Assembly (NCBI GenBank): GCA_016873845.1
Contig: VGVX01000006.1
Coordinates: 121-64,120, forward strand
Length of the DNA stretch: 64,000 nt
Direction: 5' to 3'
Origin: Ignavibacteria bacterium
GTDB lineage: Bacteria; Bacteroidota; Ignavibacteria; Ch128b
The notes beneath the pieces were generated by a model. It saw nothing but the letters and a program-made list of their open reading frames with translations. It was not told the origin of the DNA and searched no databases. The position numbers and the translations under genes were made by a program. Of this stretch, positions 21,886-30,987 are shown piece by piece. Numbering within the stretch: the stretch's first letter is position 1; each line of letters opens with the position of its first letter.

Positions 21886-22905
21886 ATGCGTAAATCAGAA
21901 AATACTGCACCAATGCGAAACAAGGATGATGCTGAGTTAGAAAAAAATCTTAGGCCACTGACTTTTGATGAGTTCGTAGGACAGAAAAAAATTGTCGATA
22001 ATTTAAAAGTTTTTATTCAAGCCGCATTAATTAGAGAAGAAGCTTTAGACCATGTTTTACTAACAGGCCCTCCGGGACTTGGAAAAACAACTTTAGCTCA
22101 CATTATTGCAAATCAGCTTGGAGTGAAAATAAAAGTAACTTCCGGACCAGTATTAGAAAAACCTGGCGACCTAGCTGGAATTCTTACCAACCTCGAAGAG
22201 AAATCTGTTTTATTTATAGATGAAATCCATCGCTTAAGTCCAGTGGTTGAAGAATATCTTTACTCTGCAATGGAAGATTACAAGATCGATATAATGATTG
22301 ATTCCGGTCCAAATGCAAGAACTGTTCAAATAAAACTCCCGAAATATACTCTGATTGGAGCAACGACTCGCGCAGGACTTTTAACCTCGCCTCTTCGCGA
22401 TCGATTCGGAATAAATTCTCGATTAGATTATTATGAGTCGGAAAATCTTTTCTCCATTATAAATCGTTCAGCAGGAATTTTAAATATTGAAATTGATAAA
22501 GACGCTTCATTTGAAATTGCAAAACGATCCCGCGGTACTCCAAGAATTGCAAATCGTCTTTTGAAACGCACAAGAGACTTCGCAGATGTAGAGAGTAAAA
22601 AAGTGATCAGTATCGACATTTCTAAGAAAGCACTCTCGATGCTCGATGTAGATGAATTCGGACTTGATGAAATGGATAAAGAAATTCTTCGTACAATTAT
22701 TTTAAAATATAAAGGCGGACCAGTGGGATTGAATACAATCTCAGTCTCTGTGAATGAAGATCCAGGAACAATCGAAGAAGTTTATGAGCCCTTCTTAATT
22801 CAGCAAGGATTTATTAAACGCACGCCACGTGGGCGGGAATCAACAGACTCCGCATTAAAAATTTTGAATATCAATAAAGCGAAGCCCGAAAGCAGTCTGT
22901 TTTGA
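21886..22905 (+). CDS. ruvB: Holliday junction branch migration helicase RuvB
   Basis: 339-aa [16 protein letters not shown] and LFIDEIHRL motifs. Confidence 0.95.
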   Translation: MRKSENTAPMRNKDDAELEKNLRPLTFDEFVGQKKIVDNLKVFIQAALIREEALDHVLLTGPPGLGKTTLAHIIANQLGVKIKVTSGPVLEKPGDLAGILTNLEEKSVLFIDEIHRLSPVVEEYLYSAMEDYKIDIMIDSGPNARTVQIKLPKYTLIGATTRAGLLTSPLRDRFGINSRLDYYESENLFSIINRSAGILNIEIDKDASFEIAKRSRGTPRIANRLLKRTRDFADVESKKVISIDISKKALSMLDVDEFGLDEMDKEILRTIILKYKGGPVGLNTISVSVNEDPGTIEEVYEPFLIQQGFIKRTPRGRESTDSALKILNINKAKPESSLF

Positions 22906-22938
22906 AACTTATAATTTGGGAAATCAATTAGGAAAAAA

Positions 22939-23757
22939 ATGAGAACAGTTCAGTGTAAAGACATTCTGATAGGGGATAACAATCCATTCGTTCTAATTGC
23001 AGGTCCTTGTGTCGTCGAATCGAGAGAAATGATTTTTTCTACCGCCAAAAAAATACGAGAAATTACTACAAGACTTGGAATTCCCTTTATCTTTAAATCC
23101 TCATATAAAAAAGCAAATCGCACTTCGGTCGATTCGTTTACTGGTATTGGCGACGATGAAGCGTTGAAAATTTTAGGTGAAGTTAAAAAGCAATTTAATC
23201 TTCCAATTCTTACAGATGTTCACACAGTTGAAGAAATATCAGCCGCTGCAGACATAGTAGATGTTCTACAAATTCCAGCATTCCTTTGCAGACAAACGGA
23301 ACTCCTAATTGCCGCAGGAAAAACAGGAAAAGTTATTAATGTAAAAAAAGGACAATTTCTTGCACCGAGTGATATGAAATTTGCAGCAAATAAAATTGAA
23401 TCAACTCAAAACGAAAAAATTCTCTTCACCGAAAGAGGAACGACGTTTGGTTATAATAACTTAGTTGTTGATATGCGCTCACTCGTAATTATGAGAGAAC
23501 TTAGTTATCCTGTAATAATGGATGCAACTCATTCGGTACAAATTCCAAGCTTGGGAGGAAAATCTGGTGGAGCTTCTCAATTTATTCCATATTTATCGCG
23601 TGCCGCAGCAGCAGTTGGAATAGATGGACTGTTCCTTGAAACGCATCCCGATCCTAAAACTGCGTTGAGCGATGCTGAATCGCAGCTTCCTCTGAAAGAA
23701 TTGGAGCAACTTTTAATTTCAGTTCAGAAAATTGATCAATTGATTAAAGAAAAATGA
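22939..23757 (+). CDS. kdsA: 3-deoxy-8-phosphooctulonate synthase
   Basis: 272-aa ORF with KdsA-like sequence (FKSSYKKANRTS, IPAFLCRQT, DATHSVQ). Confidence 0.9.
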   Translation: MRTVQCKDILIGDNNPFVLIAGPCVVESREMIFSTAKKIREITTRLGIPFIFKSSYKKANRTSVDSFTGIGDDEALKILGEVKKQFNLPILTDVHTVEEISAAADIVDVLQIPAFLCRQTELLIAAGKTGKVINVKKGQFLAPSDMKFAANKIESTQNEKILFTERGTTFGYNNLVVDMRSLVIMRELSYPVIMDATHSVQIPSLGGKSGGASQFIPYLSRAAAAVGIDGLFLETHPDPKTALSDAESQLPLKELEQLLISVQKIDQLIKEK

Positions 23758-24263
23758 AAAAAGAAGTAAAAGAGAAATTAAAAAAAATTAAAATGCTAAT
23801 TCTTGACGTCGATGGTGTGCTGACGGATGGAAGTATTGTTTATTCTTCCGGCGGAGAGGAAGTGAAAACTTTCAACGTTCACGATGGATACGGGATTGAA
23901 AAGCTCCATCACGAAGGAATTAAAGTCGGAATAATCACCGGACGAAACTCGGCAATAGTGGAAAAGCGGGCGAAGGATTTAAAAATTACTGACGTAGCTC
24001 AAGGAACTATAGATAAAATTCCACCAGCCGAGTCGTTTGCTAAGAAATATAAATTCTCATTAGACAATATTGCATTTATGGGAGATGACCTGTTTGATAT
24101 ACCGCTTCTGCAAAAAGTTGGCTTGAGCGCCGCACCTAAGAATGCAAGAAAGGAAGTGAAACGAATTGTTCATATTGTTACAAAGCACGAAGGGGGAAAG
24201 GGAGCAGTTCGGGAATTAATTGATATGATTCTGGACGCTCAGTTCACTATAAAAAAAGATTGA
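23754..24263 (+). CDS. kdsC: KDO 8-phosphate phosphatase (HAD, YrbI family)
   Basis: 169-aa ORF. HAD motif I LILDVDGVLTDG. Sits between kdsA and kdsD. Confidence 0.85.
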   Translation: MKKEVKEKLKKIKMLILDVDGVLTDGSIVYSSGGEEVKTFNVHDGYGIEKLHHEGIKVGIITGRNSAIVEKRAKDLKITDVAQGTIDKIPPAESFAKKYKFSLDNIAFMGDDLFDIPLLQKVGLSAAPKNARKEVKRIVHIVTKHEGGKGAVRELIDMILDAQFTIKKD

Positions 24264-24299
24264 ATAAATTGATTATTTAGGTTAATTAAAAAAATACGA

Positions 24300-25277
24300 A
24301 TGAATAAAAAAGAAATAATCACCAACGGAAAACATGTAATTAAAATTGAATCGGATGCAATTCATAATCTATTAAACAAAATTGATGATAGTTTTTCTAA
24401 AGCAGTTGAGTTGATCTTGAATTCAAATGGGAGAGTGATAATATCAGGCGTTGGGAAATCTGGGATCATTGCGCGTAAAATTGTTGCAACATTTAATTCC
24501 ACTGGAACATCTGCACTATTTATGCATCCGAGCGATGCTATTCATGGCGATCTTGGAATGGTACGAAAGGAAGATGTAGTTATTCTAATTTCAAAGAGCG
24601 GAAGCACTCAGGAAATTGTCCGCATACTGCCAATACTAAAAAGAATTGGCACAAAAATTATTGCAATGGTTGGCGATACTAAAGCTCTTCTTGCGAAAGA
24701 ATCCGATGTTGTACTCGATGTTTCCGTGAAAGAAGAAGCATGTCCTTTTGATCTTGCTCCGACTTCATCATCAACCGCAACGCTTGTAATGGGAGATGCT
24801 CTTGCAATTTCTCTACTTAAAGCGAATAATTTCTCAGCTGAAGAATTTGCATTTTACCATCCAGGAGGTAATTTAGGTAAGAGATTGACACTCAAAGTCG
24901 ATGAAATTATGACAAAAGGAAATGATGTTCCGATTGTAAGTGAAAATACTCCTCTCCACGCCGCAATTTTAGAGATGACAACAAAAAGACTCGGCGCAAC
25001 ATGTGTGGTTAATGCTAACGGCGTTTTAATTGGAATTATAACTGACGGAGATTTAAGACGCGCAATAGAAAAAAGAGAAAATTTATTAAATCTTAAAGCA
25101 ATAGATCTGATGGGCGACTCACCAAAAATTATTGATAAAGACGCACTGGCTTCTGTTGCTATTCAAATGATGGAGACCTACAAAATCACGCAGCTTGTAA
25201 TTGTTGATGATGTTAAAAAACCAGTTGGTATGGTACATCTTCATGATCTTGTAAACCTCGGTTTCATTCCAAGATGA
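24300..25277 (+). CDS. kdsD: Arabinose-5-phosphate isomerase (SIS plus tandem CBS)
   Basis: 325-aa ORF. SIS motif GVGKSG followed by two CBS-like repeats. Confidence 0.9.
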   Translation: MNKKEIITNGKHVIKIESDAIHNLLNKIDDSFSKAVELILNSNGRVIISGVGKSGIIARKIVATFNSTGTSALFMHPSDAIHGDLGMVRKEDVVILISKSGSTQEIVRILPILKRIGTKIIAMVGDTKALLAKESDVVLDVSVKEEACPFDLAPTSSSTATLVMGDALAISLLKANNFSAEEFAFYHPGGNLGKRLTLKVDEIMTKGNDVPIVSENTPLHAAILEMTTKRLGATCVVNANGVLIGIITDGDLRRAIEKRENLLNLKAIDLMGDSPKIIDKDALASVAIQMMETYKITQLVIVDDVKKPVGMVHLHDLVNLGFIPR

Positions 25278-25304
25278 AGTTGAACGCAATATTCCTTTTT
25301 AATA

Positions 25305-25436
25305 AGAGACTGAAGTTACGCAGAATGGATTTTTTGTCATGTTGAGCGAAGCGAAACATCTAAAAAACTCTAAAAACTGCAACATTAGATTCTTCACTTC
25401 GTTCAGAATGACTGTTTTGCGTAACTTCAGTAAGAG
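25305..25436. repeat. Nested palindromic intergenic element (about 130 nt)
   Basis: The outer 13-bp perfect stem is CTGAAGTTACGCA (25310-25322) with TGCGTAACTTCAG (25418-25430). The inner, about 26-bp imperfect stem is GTCATGTTGAGCGAAGCGAAACATCT (25337-25362) with AGATTCTTCACTTCGTTCAGAATGAC (25387-25412). Confidence 0.75.
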
Positions 25437-25986
25437 ATTAATTTTCACAATAATTTTACCGGTATTTTTCTTTTCATTTTTTCTTCTCTTTATTAATTCA
25501 TGCAGTGATGAAAAAGTCAAACCGACTTCAATCAATATTGATTTAAAAGAAATTCCGGATCAAGAAAGTTGGAATTCACGAGTCGTTTTTTCTGATTCTG
25601 GTTCAACTAGAGCAATTCTGAACGTTGGGCATGTCAGAGTGTTTCAATTTCGAAACGAAACCTTACTAGATAAAAATTTGCAAATAGATTTTTTTGACCG
25701 CGAACAAAATCATACAAGTATTTTAACTGCAGACAGCGGCAGAGTCGACGATGCTACTAACGATCTTTTTGCTTTTGGAAATGTTGTAGTACGTTCGGAC
25801 AGCGGAGTTGTACTTCAGACCGAAGAATTAATCTGGAAACAAGCAACTAAAAAAATTACAACTGAAAAATTTGTTACAATAACATCACCCACTGAGCAAA
25901 TACAAGGATATGGATTTGAATCTGATCAAAGCATGAAAAACTATGTTATCTTTCGTGTGAGTGGAAGAATAGAAACGAGAGAATGA
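25408..25986 (+). CDS. lptC: LPS export protein LptC-like (start trimmed to the internal Met; the upstream part of the ORF is palindrome-derived)
   Basis: ORF 25339-25986. An N-terminal TM anchor is followed by an OstA/LptC-like beta-jellyroll pattern. Positioned between kdsD and the lptA-like gene. Confidence 0.6.
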   Translation: MTVLRNFSKRLIFTIILPVFFFSFFLLFINSCSDEKVKPTSINIDLKEIPDQESWNSRVVFSDSGSTRAILNVGHVRVFQFRNETLLDKNLQIDFFDREQNHTSILTADSGRVDDATNDLFAFGNVVVRSDSGVVLQTEELIWKQATKKITTEKFVTITSPTEQIQGYGFESDQSMKNYVIFRVSGRIETRE

Positions 25987-26043
25987 AGGATATGAGAATG
26001 ATAAATAGAATCGTGAAAAACAGATGAACAGTTTTAATAAAAA

Positions 26044-27438
26044 ATGAAATCCGTCCACTTTCTTTTTGTTTTCATTCTCATTTTTTTTATTGAGTCAGTT
26101 TATTCCCAAGAAACTAAAGTTGTGCAATTGATCAATGCCGACAGTCTCGTTGGAAAAATTATCAACAACGAAAGTGTCAGGATTCTCAATGGAAATGTTC
26201 ATCTTATTCAAGATGATATAAACATTTTTTGTGATCGCGGTATTCAATATCTCGAAAGCAATAAAGCAGAGCTTGAAGGAAATGTAAAAATAACGCAAGG
26301 TGATGTAACCGTTACTGCACCAAAGGGATTTTATTTCGGGAATATCAAAAAAGCATCTGGAAATAAGGGAGTAGTTTTGAATGATGGAAAAGTAAATCTA
26401 AGTGCCGACAGCGGAGACTATTTCTTTGATCAGAAAATGGCAGTGTTCCGCGGAAATGTAAAGCTTCAAGACGATACTACAGCGCTGACTTCCAAACAAT
26501 TAGTCTATTTCACTGATTCAGAGAAAGCAATTGCGAAGGGCGGTGTAAATATTGTTCAGGGAAATAATTTTATATATTCAGATACGCTGATTTATTTCCG
26601 GAAAGAGAAAAACTCTTTCGCAGACGGCAATGTTCGTATCGAAAATAAAAATGATAATGTAAAAATTTACTGCAGTCATTTAGAAAATTATGAAGAAAAG
26701 AAATACTCGTTGCTTATGGGCGATCCACTGTTTACCCAGATCGATACTGCGGATGATGGAAAGATCGATACGCTTCTCATTTCATCTCGCAGAATGGAAT
26801 CGTTTCGTGGAGAAAGTGAGTGCTACACTGCAATCGATTCGGTGAATATCTGGCGTGGAGGATTTGCATCTCGAAATAACATTACTCAATATTTCAAGAA
26901 AGAGGGAAAAATTGTAACCGTCAAATCGAACGAAGTTCAGCCGATTTTTTGGTACAACGAAAATCAATCGTACGGAGATTCGGTTGAAATATTCACGAAA
27001 GAAAATAAAATTCATCAAGTTTATATTCATGGTGCCTCATTTCTGATTACGCAAGACACGCTGAATCCAAAGCGATTCAATCAGATGAATGGTTCATTCA
27101 TTAAGATGGATTTCGACAGCAGTAAACTCAAATCTGTTTTCGTTAAAGGAAATGCACTCAGCATTTATTATCTTTACGACGAGAATGAGCCGAACGGACT
27201 CAACAAAGCAAGCGGCGACAGCACATTGATTTTTTTATCTGATAATAAAGTTGAAGAAATTAAACTTTATGGTAGTCCCGAAGGGGAATATTACCCAGAA
27301 GAAAAAATATTGAACAAAGAAAAAGAATTTCAACTCGCAGGATTTTTTTGGCTTGACGACAGACCGACTAAGGAAATGATTTTGCGTGAGCGAAAACTGA
27401 TTAACATTAAGGCTAAGACTAAGGCTGAGGCTAAGTGA
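26044..27438 (+). CDS. LptA/OstA-N domain repeat protein (periplasmic LPS transport)
   Basis: 464-aa ORF with a signal peptide and repeated OstA-like segments (GNVHLIQDD, GNVKITQGD, GNVKLQDD, GNVRIENK). The last 10 codons (IKAKTKAEAK) are encoded by the inverted-repeat arm. Confidence 0.6.
   Translation: MKSVHFLFVFILIFFIESVYSQETKVVQLINADSLVGKIINNESVRILNGNVHLIQDDINIFCDRGIQYLESNKAELEGNVKITQGDVTVTAPKGFYFGNIKKASGNKGVVLNDGKVNLSADSGDYFFDQKMAVFRGNVKLQDDTTALTSKQLVYFTDSEKAIAKGGVNIVQGNNFIYSDTLIYFRKEKNSFADGNVRIENKNDNVKIYCSHLENYEEKKYSLLMGDPLFTQIDTADDGKIDTLLISSRRMESFRGESECYTAIDSVNIWRGGFASRNNITQYFKKEGKIVTVKSNEVQPIFWYNENQSYGDSVEIFTKENKIHQVYIHGASFLITQDTLNPKRFNQMNGSFIKMDFDSSKLKSVFVKGNALSIYYLYDENEPNGLNKASGDSTLIFLSDNKVEEIKLYGSPEGEYYPEEKILNKEKEFQLAGFFWLDDRPTKEMILRERKLINIKAKTKAEAK
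27407..27436. repeat. Left arm of the 30-nt inverted repeat flanking the four-helix-bundle gene
   Basis: TTAAGGCTAAGACTAAGGCTGAGGCTAAGT matches the reverse complement of 27833-27862 at 27/30 positions. Confidence 0.85.
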
Positions 27439-27444
27439 TTAAGA

Positions 27445-27813
27445 ATGGAAAATGATGATTTTAGGAAAATGCATGTTTGGCAGTCAGCTTTTGATTTAAT
27501 AATTGAAATTTATAGGATTACGAAAGATTTTCCGTCTGATGAGAAATTTGGGATTGTTTCGGATATGCGGAGAGCAGCGAATTCAATTGCCCATAATATT
27601 GCCGAAGGTTACGGACGATATGAACCGAAAGATAAAAATAGATTTTATAAAATTTCCCGAGGAAGTTGCTACGAACTTATAAGTCAAGCTTTGGTATCAA
27701 AAGAATTAGATTATATATCAGATAAAAAAGTGTGTGAAAGTTTAATTAAAATGTCGAAAGAAATTATTAAAGAACTTAATTCAATCATGAAAACACTTGA
27801 TTCTAATATTTAA
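27445..27813 (+). CDS. Four-helix-bundle protein (23S rRNA intervening-sequence protein / Avd family, TIGR02436-like)
   Basis: 122-aa ORF. VWQSAFDL...RRAANSIAHNIAEGYGR...RGSCYEL pattern is characteristic of the family. Confidence 0.85.
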   Translation: MENDDFRKMHVWQSAFDLIIEIYRITKDFPSDEKFGIVSDMRRAANSIAHNIAEGYGRYEPKDKNRFYKISRGSCYELISQALVSKELDYISDKKVCESLIKMSKEIIKELNSIMKTLDSNI

Positions 27814-27832
27814 TTGTCAATTCAAAACAAAT

Positions 27833-27879
27833 ACTTAGTCTTAGCCTTAGTCTCAGCCTTAATCTAAGTCTAAGCCTTA
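27833..27879. repeat. Right arm of the inverted repeat (30 nt plus a 17-nt extension of the same CTTAG/CCTTA-type units)
   Basis: ACTTAGTCTTAGCCTTAGTCTCAGCCTTAA followed by TCTAAGTCTAAGCCTTA. Confidence 0.85.
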
Positions 27880-27891
27880 AAAAAATTACTT

Positions 27892-28632
27892 ATGCATAAA
27901 GATATACTTCGCGGAGAAAACTTAATAAAACGCTACAGAAAAAGAACTGTTGTTCAAAACGCTTCTTTGGATGTAACTCAGGGTGAAATCGTTGGCTTGC
28001 TTGGACCGAATGGTGCAGGAAAAACTACAACATTTTATATGGTTGTTGGAATGATCAAGCCAAACGGCGGAAAAGTTTTCTTTAACGATCTTGAAATCAC
28101 CCAGCTTCCAATGTACAAACGTGCCCGCCTTGGAATCGGATATTTGCCCCAAGAAGCTTCTGTTTTTAGAAGGCTTTCGGTTGAAGATAATATAATGGCA
28201 GTGCTTGAGTTCATGAAATTAAGTTCCGCCGAGAGAAAAGAACGAAGAGATAGATTAATAGAGGATCTTGGACTTACGCATATCCGTAAGACGAAAGGTT
28301 TTCAACTATCCGGCGGAGAGAGAAGAAGAACTGAAATTGCACGTGCACTTGCAACCGAGCCGAAATTTATTTTGCTTGATGAACCTTTCGCCGGCATTGA
28401 TCCAATCGCAGTCGAAGATATTATGCAGCTTGTAGCAAATCTAAAAAACCGCGGAATCGGAGTGTTAATCACCGACCACAACGTTCACGAAACGCTATCA
28501 ATCGTCGATCGTGCATACATTCTTATTGAAGGGGAAATTTTCAGAAGCGGGAGTTCGGATTTTCTTGCTAACGATGAACTCGTTCGAAAACTTTATTTGG
28601 GCGAAAAGTTTAAGCTGGATAGGTATGAATAG
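27892..28632 (+). CDS. lptB: LPS export ABC transporter ATP-binding protein
   Basis: 246-aa ORF. Walker [10 protein letters not shown], signature LSGGERRR and Walker B ILLDEP. Confidence 0.95.
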   Translation: MHKDILRGENLIKRYRKRTVVQNASLDVTQGEIVGLLGPNGAGKTTTFYMVVGMIKPNGGKVFFNDLEITQLPMYKRARLGIGYLPQEASVFRRLSVEDNIMAVLEFMKLSSAERKERRDRLIEDLGLTHIRKTKGFQLSGGERRRTEIARALATEPKFILLDEPFAGIDPIAVEDIMQLVANLKNRGIGVLITDHNVHETLSIVDRAYILIEGEIFRSGSSDFLANDELVRKLYLGEKFKLDRYE

Positions 28633-28647
28633 ATTTAATTCAATTAA

Positions 28648-29463
28648 CTAATAACTTTCCTTCTCGTTCGGAAATGCGCCTGATTTTGTGTCTTCAACAT
28701 ATTTTGCGAAAGCATCGCAGATTGTTTGAGAAAGATTTAAATATCGTCTTACAAAACGGGGGTTAAATTCTTCGAGAAGTCCAAGCATATCGTACACAAC
28801 AAGAATTTGCCCATCCACATATCTGCCAGCACCGATTCCAATTGTCGGTACGTTTACTGATTGAGTAATTTTTTTTGCAAGCAGAGCTGGGATTTTTTCA
28901 ATAACAATTGCGAAAGCGCCGGCGTCTTCAAGTATTTTTGCGTCTTTCACTAATTGTGCGGCTTCTTCTGTGTCTCTTCCTCTTGGCTGATAACCACCGA
29001 AACGATGGATAGATTGCGGGGTTAATCCGATGTGAGCCAATACTGGAATTCCGTTTGCGGTTAGTTTTGCAACCGTCTCTGCGATAATTGCCCCACCTTC
29101 AAGCTTAACGGCACCGGCGTCGGTTTCTTTCATTATTCTCCCGGCATTTCTGAAAGCTTCATCTGGATTGGTTTGATAGCTCATGAACGGCATATCGACA
29201 ACTATCATTGCACGTTTTACACCATGCTGCACTGCTTTTGTGTGATAGATCATATCGTCGAGAGTTACAGGAAGAGTTGTTTCGTGTCCTTGAAAAACAT
29301 TTCCAACCGAATCACCCACTAAGATCATATCAATTCCTGCTCTATCGCAGAGGCGGGCGATTAAAAAATCGTAAGCTGTCAAAGCCGCGACTTTTTCTTT
29401 TGCCTTTTTCAATTCAATGATACGTCGGGTTGTTACTCTGCGAATTTCACTTGTGCTGCTCAT
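28648..29463 (-). CDS. panB: 3-methyl-2-oxobutanoate hydroxymethyltransferase (start trimmed to the Met at 29463, ATGA overlap with the upstream stop)
   Basis: PanB-like sequence (LTAYD, ILVGDS, VVDMPF, VKLEGG, GHIGLTPQ). Confidence 0.9.
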   Translation of the reverse strand: MSSTSEIRRVTTRRIIELKKAKEKVAALTAYDFLIARLCDRAGIDMILVGDSVGNVFQGHETTLPVTLDDMIYHTKAVQHGVKRAMIVVDMPFMSYQTNPDEAFRNAGRIMKETDAGAVKLEGGAIIAETVAKLTANGIPVLAHIGLTPQSIHRFGGYQPRGRDTEEAAQLVKDAKILEDAGAFAIVIEKIPALLAKKITQSVNVPTIGIGAGRYVDGQILVVYDMLGLLEEFNPRFVRRYLNLSQTICDAFAKYVEDTKSGAFPNEKESY

Positions 29464-30212
29464 ACTTCTATCATTTCTATTTCGTTTGAATATGCGATGC
29501 TGAACTTCTTTTGAAACCCAAATTTTATGCATGAAGCCAGCCTTGAATAATCGACATCATTTTCAGTAATTTCTCCAATGCTGATTGTCTTTGAATCGAG
29601 ATCATTCTTTAATTCACTCAAGTTTGATTCTGAAAGAATTAAATAGTCTACAAGTTTTTTGTGGTAATCACCGCAAAGGATCGAACCGTGCTGAAGAATT
29701 GTATTTCCAAATACTCTCCGAGCGCTCCCAACAAGTTTTTTATCTTCAAGTTTTATTTCATACTTAGCAGAACTTGAAAAACAAGGGATTGAACTATGAG
29801 ATTTATAGAAAGAAGTAAAATCAATTTGATTTTTCTCCAGTTCGACACTCTCGAGTTTTTTGTCATACAATCTTAATCCGAATATTAGAGCTTCACTAAT
29901 CTCATTGTAAATTTGGGCAGAGTTTTTCTCGTTTATTCTCATCGTTACTGAATAGGTCAATTCTTCAGCATGCAAAATTGCTCTGCCTCCGGTTGGACGC
30001 TTAACTATCCCGATATCATCCGAATTGCATCTCTCTAAATTCAATACATTTTCTTTTTGATTGTATCCGAGTGAGATAGTGAAGGGCTTCCATCTATAAA
30101 GTCGAAGTGTTGGAACGCCAGTTGTACTTACAGCTTGGCAAAGTTCAACGTCTCTATTCATGTTGAATTTGCCGTCGTTCTCAAAAGTGTTCTCAAAATT
30201 CCAGATTTTCAC
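29460..30212 (-). CDS. Lipoate-protein ligase / octanoyltransferase family protein (BPL_LplA_LipB)
   Basis: 250-aa ORF. KRPTGGRAILH and KKLVGSARR motifs resemble the LplA/LipM catalytic core. Confidence 0.65.
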   Translation of the reverse strand: MKIWNFENTFENDGKFNMNRDVELCQAVSTTGVPTLRLYRWKPFTISLGYNQKENVLNLERCNSDDIGIVKRPTGGRAILHAEELTYSVTMRINEKNSAQIYNEISEALIFGLRLYDKKLESVELEKNQIDFTSFYKSHSSIPCFSSSAKYEIKLEDKKLVGSARRVFGNTILQHGSILCGDYHKKLVDYLILSESNLSELKNDLDSKTISIGEITENDVDYSRLASCIKFGFQKKFSIAYSNEIEMIEV

Positions 30213-30982
30213 TTTGTAACACCGCGCCTGCTGTTCTTGATGAAATTAAGCAGGTGTTCAACTTCTTTTGTTAAACTAACATCAGCATTTATTTTATTCA
30301 CGGCTTGTGTTGTGTTGTATGCCGGATTGTGAATAAAACCAAAGGCTTTTTTTAATTCGGCGATTGATTCTTCGGAAAATCCTCTTCTTCGTAATCCAAT
30401 TTTGTTCAATCCTTCATATGAAAGGGGATTTCCTGAATAAAGAGCGAAGGGCAGAACATCTTTAACAATTTTTGAGCATGCACCAATCATGCTGTGCTTG
30501 CCGATACGAGTAAATTGATGAATACCGACTAAGCCGCCAATTATCACAAACTCTTCTGCATGAACATGACCAGCTAATTGTGTTCCGTTAGCGATTATGC
30601 AATTGTCTTCTACAATACAATCGTGAGCAACGTGTGCGTAAGCCATCAAGAGGCATCCGCCTCCAATTATCGTTTTCTTTGTTGCACTTGTTGCGCGGCT
30701 TATAGTAACACATTCACGAATTGTATTATTATCGCCGATAAATACTTCTGTGAACTCGTCTTTAAATTTTAAATCTTGAGGAACAGCGGCAATTACACTA
30801 CCTGGAAAAATTTTGTTGTTATTACCAATACGAGCATGTTTGTAAATAGTAATGTGGCTTAAGAGTATTGTGCCAGTTCCAATTTTTACATCTTCATCGA
30901 TAACACAAAATGGACCGATTTCAACGTCGTCCGCAATCTCAGCTTTTGTACTTACAATGGAAGTTGGATGGATCTTTGACAT
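30209..30982 (-). CDS. lpxA: Acyl-ACP--UDP-N-acetylglucosamine O-acyltransferase
   Basis: 257-aa ORF with hexapeptide repeats and an LpxA C-terminal helical domain. Confidence 0.9.
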   Translation of the reverse strand: MSKIHPTSIVSTKAEIADDVEIGPFCVIDEDVKIGTGTILLSHITIYKHARIGNNNKIFPGSVIAAVPQDLKFKDEFTEVFIGDNNTIRECVTISRATSATKKTIIGGGCLLMAYAHVAHDCIVEDNCIIANGTQLAGHVHAEEFVIIGGLVGIHQFTRIGKHSMIGACSKIVKDVLPFALYSGNPLSYEGLNKIGLRRRGFSEESIAELKKAFGFIHNPAYNTTQAVNKINADVSLTKEVEHLLNFIKNSRRGVTK

Positions 30983-30987
30983 AAATT

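Noticed and set aside
25299-25535. 78-aa antisense ORF and the 23-codon N-terminal extension of the lptC ORF
   Set aside because: Both are translations of the palindromic element arms (LSEAKHL / SFRMT strings), not genes.
27445-27813. Four-helix-bundle genes as Avd components of a diversity-generating retroelement
   Set aside because: The family includes DGR Avd proteins. There is no reverse transcriptase, and I could see no template/variable repeat pair with adenine-specific mismatches near either copy.
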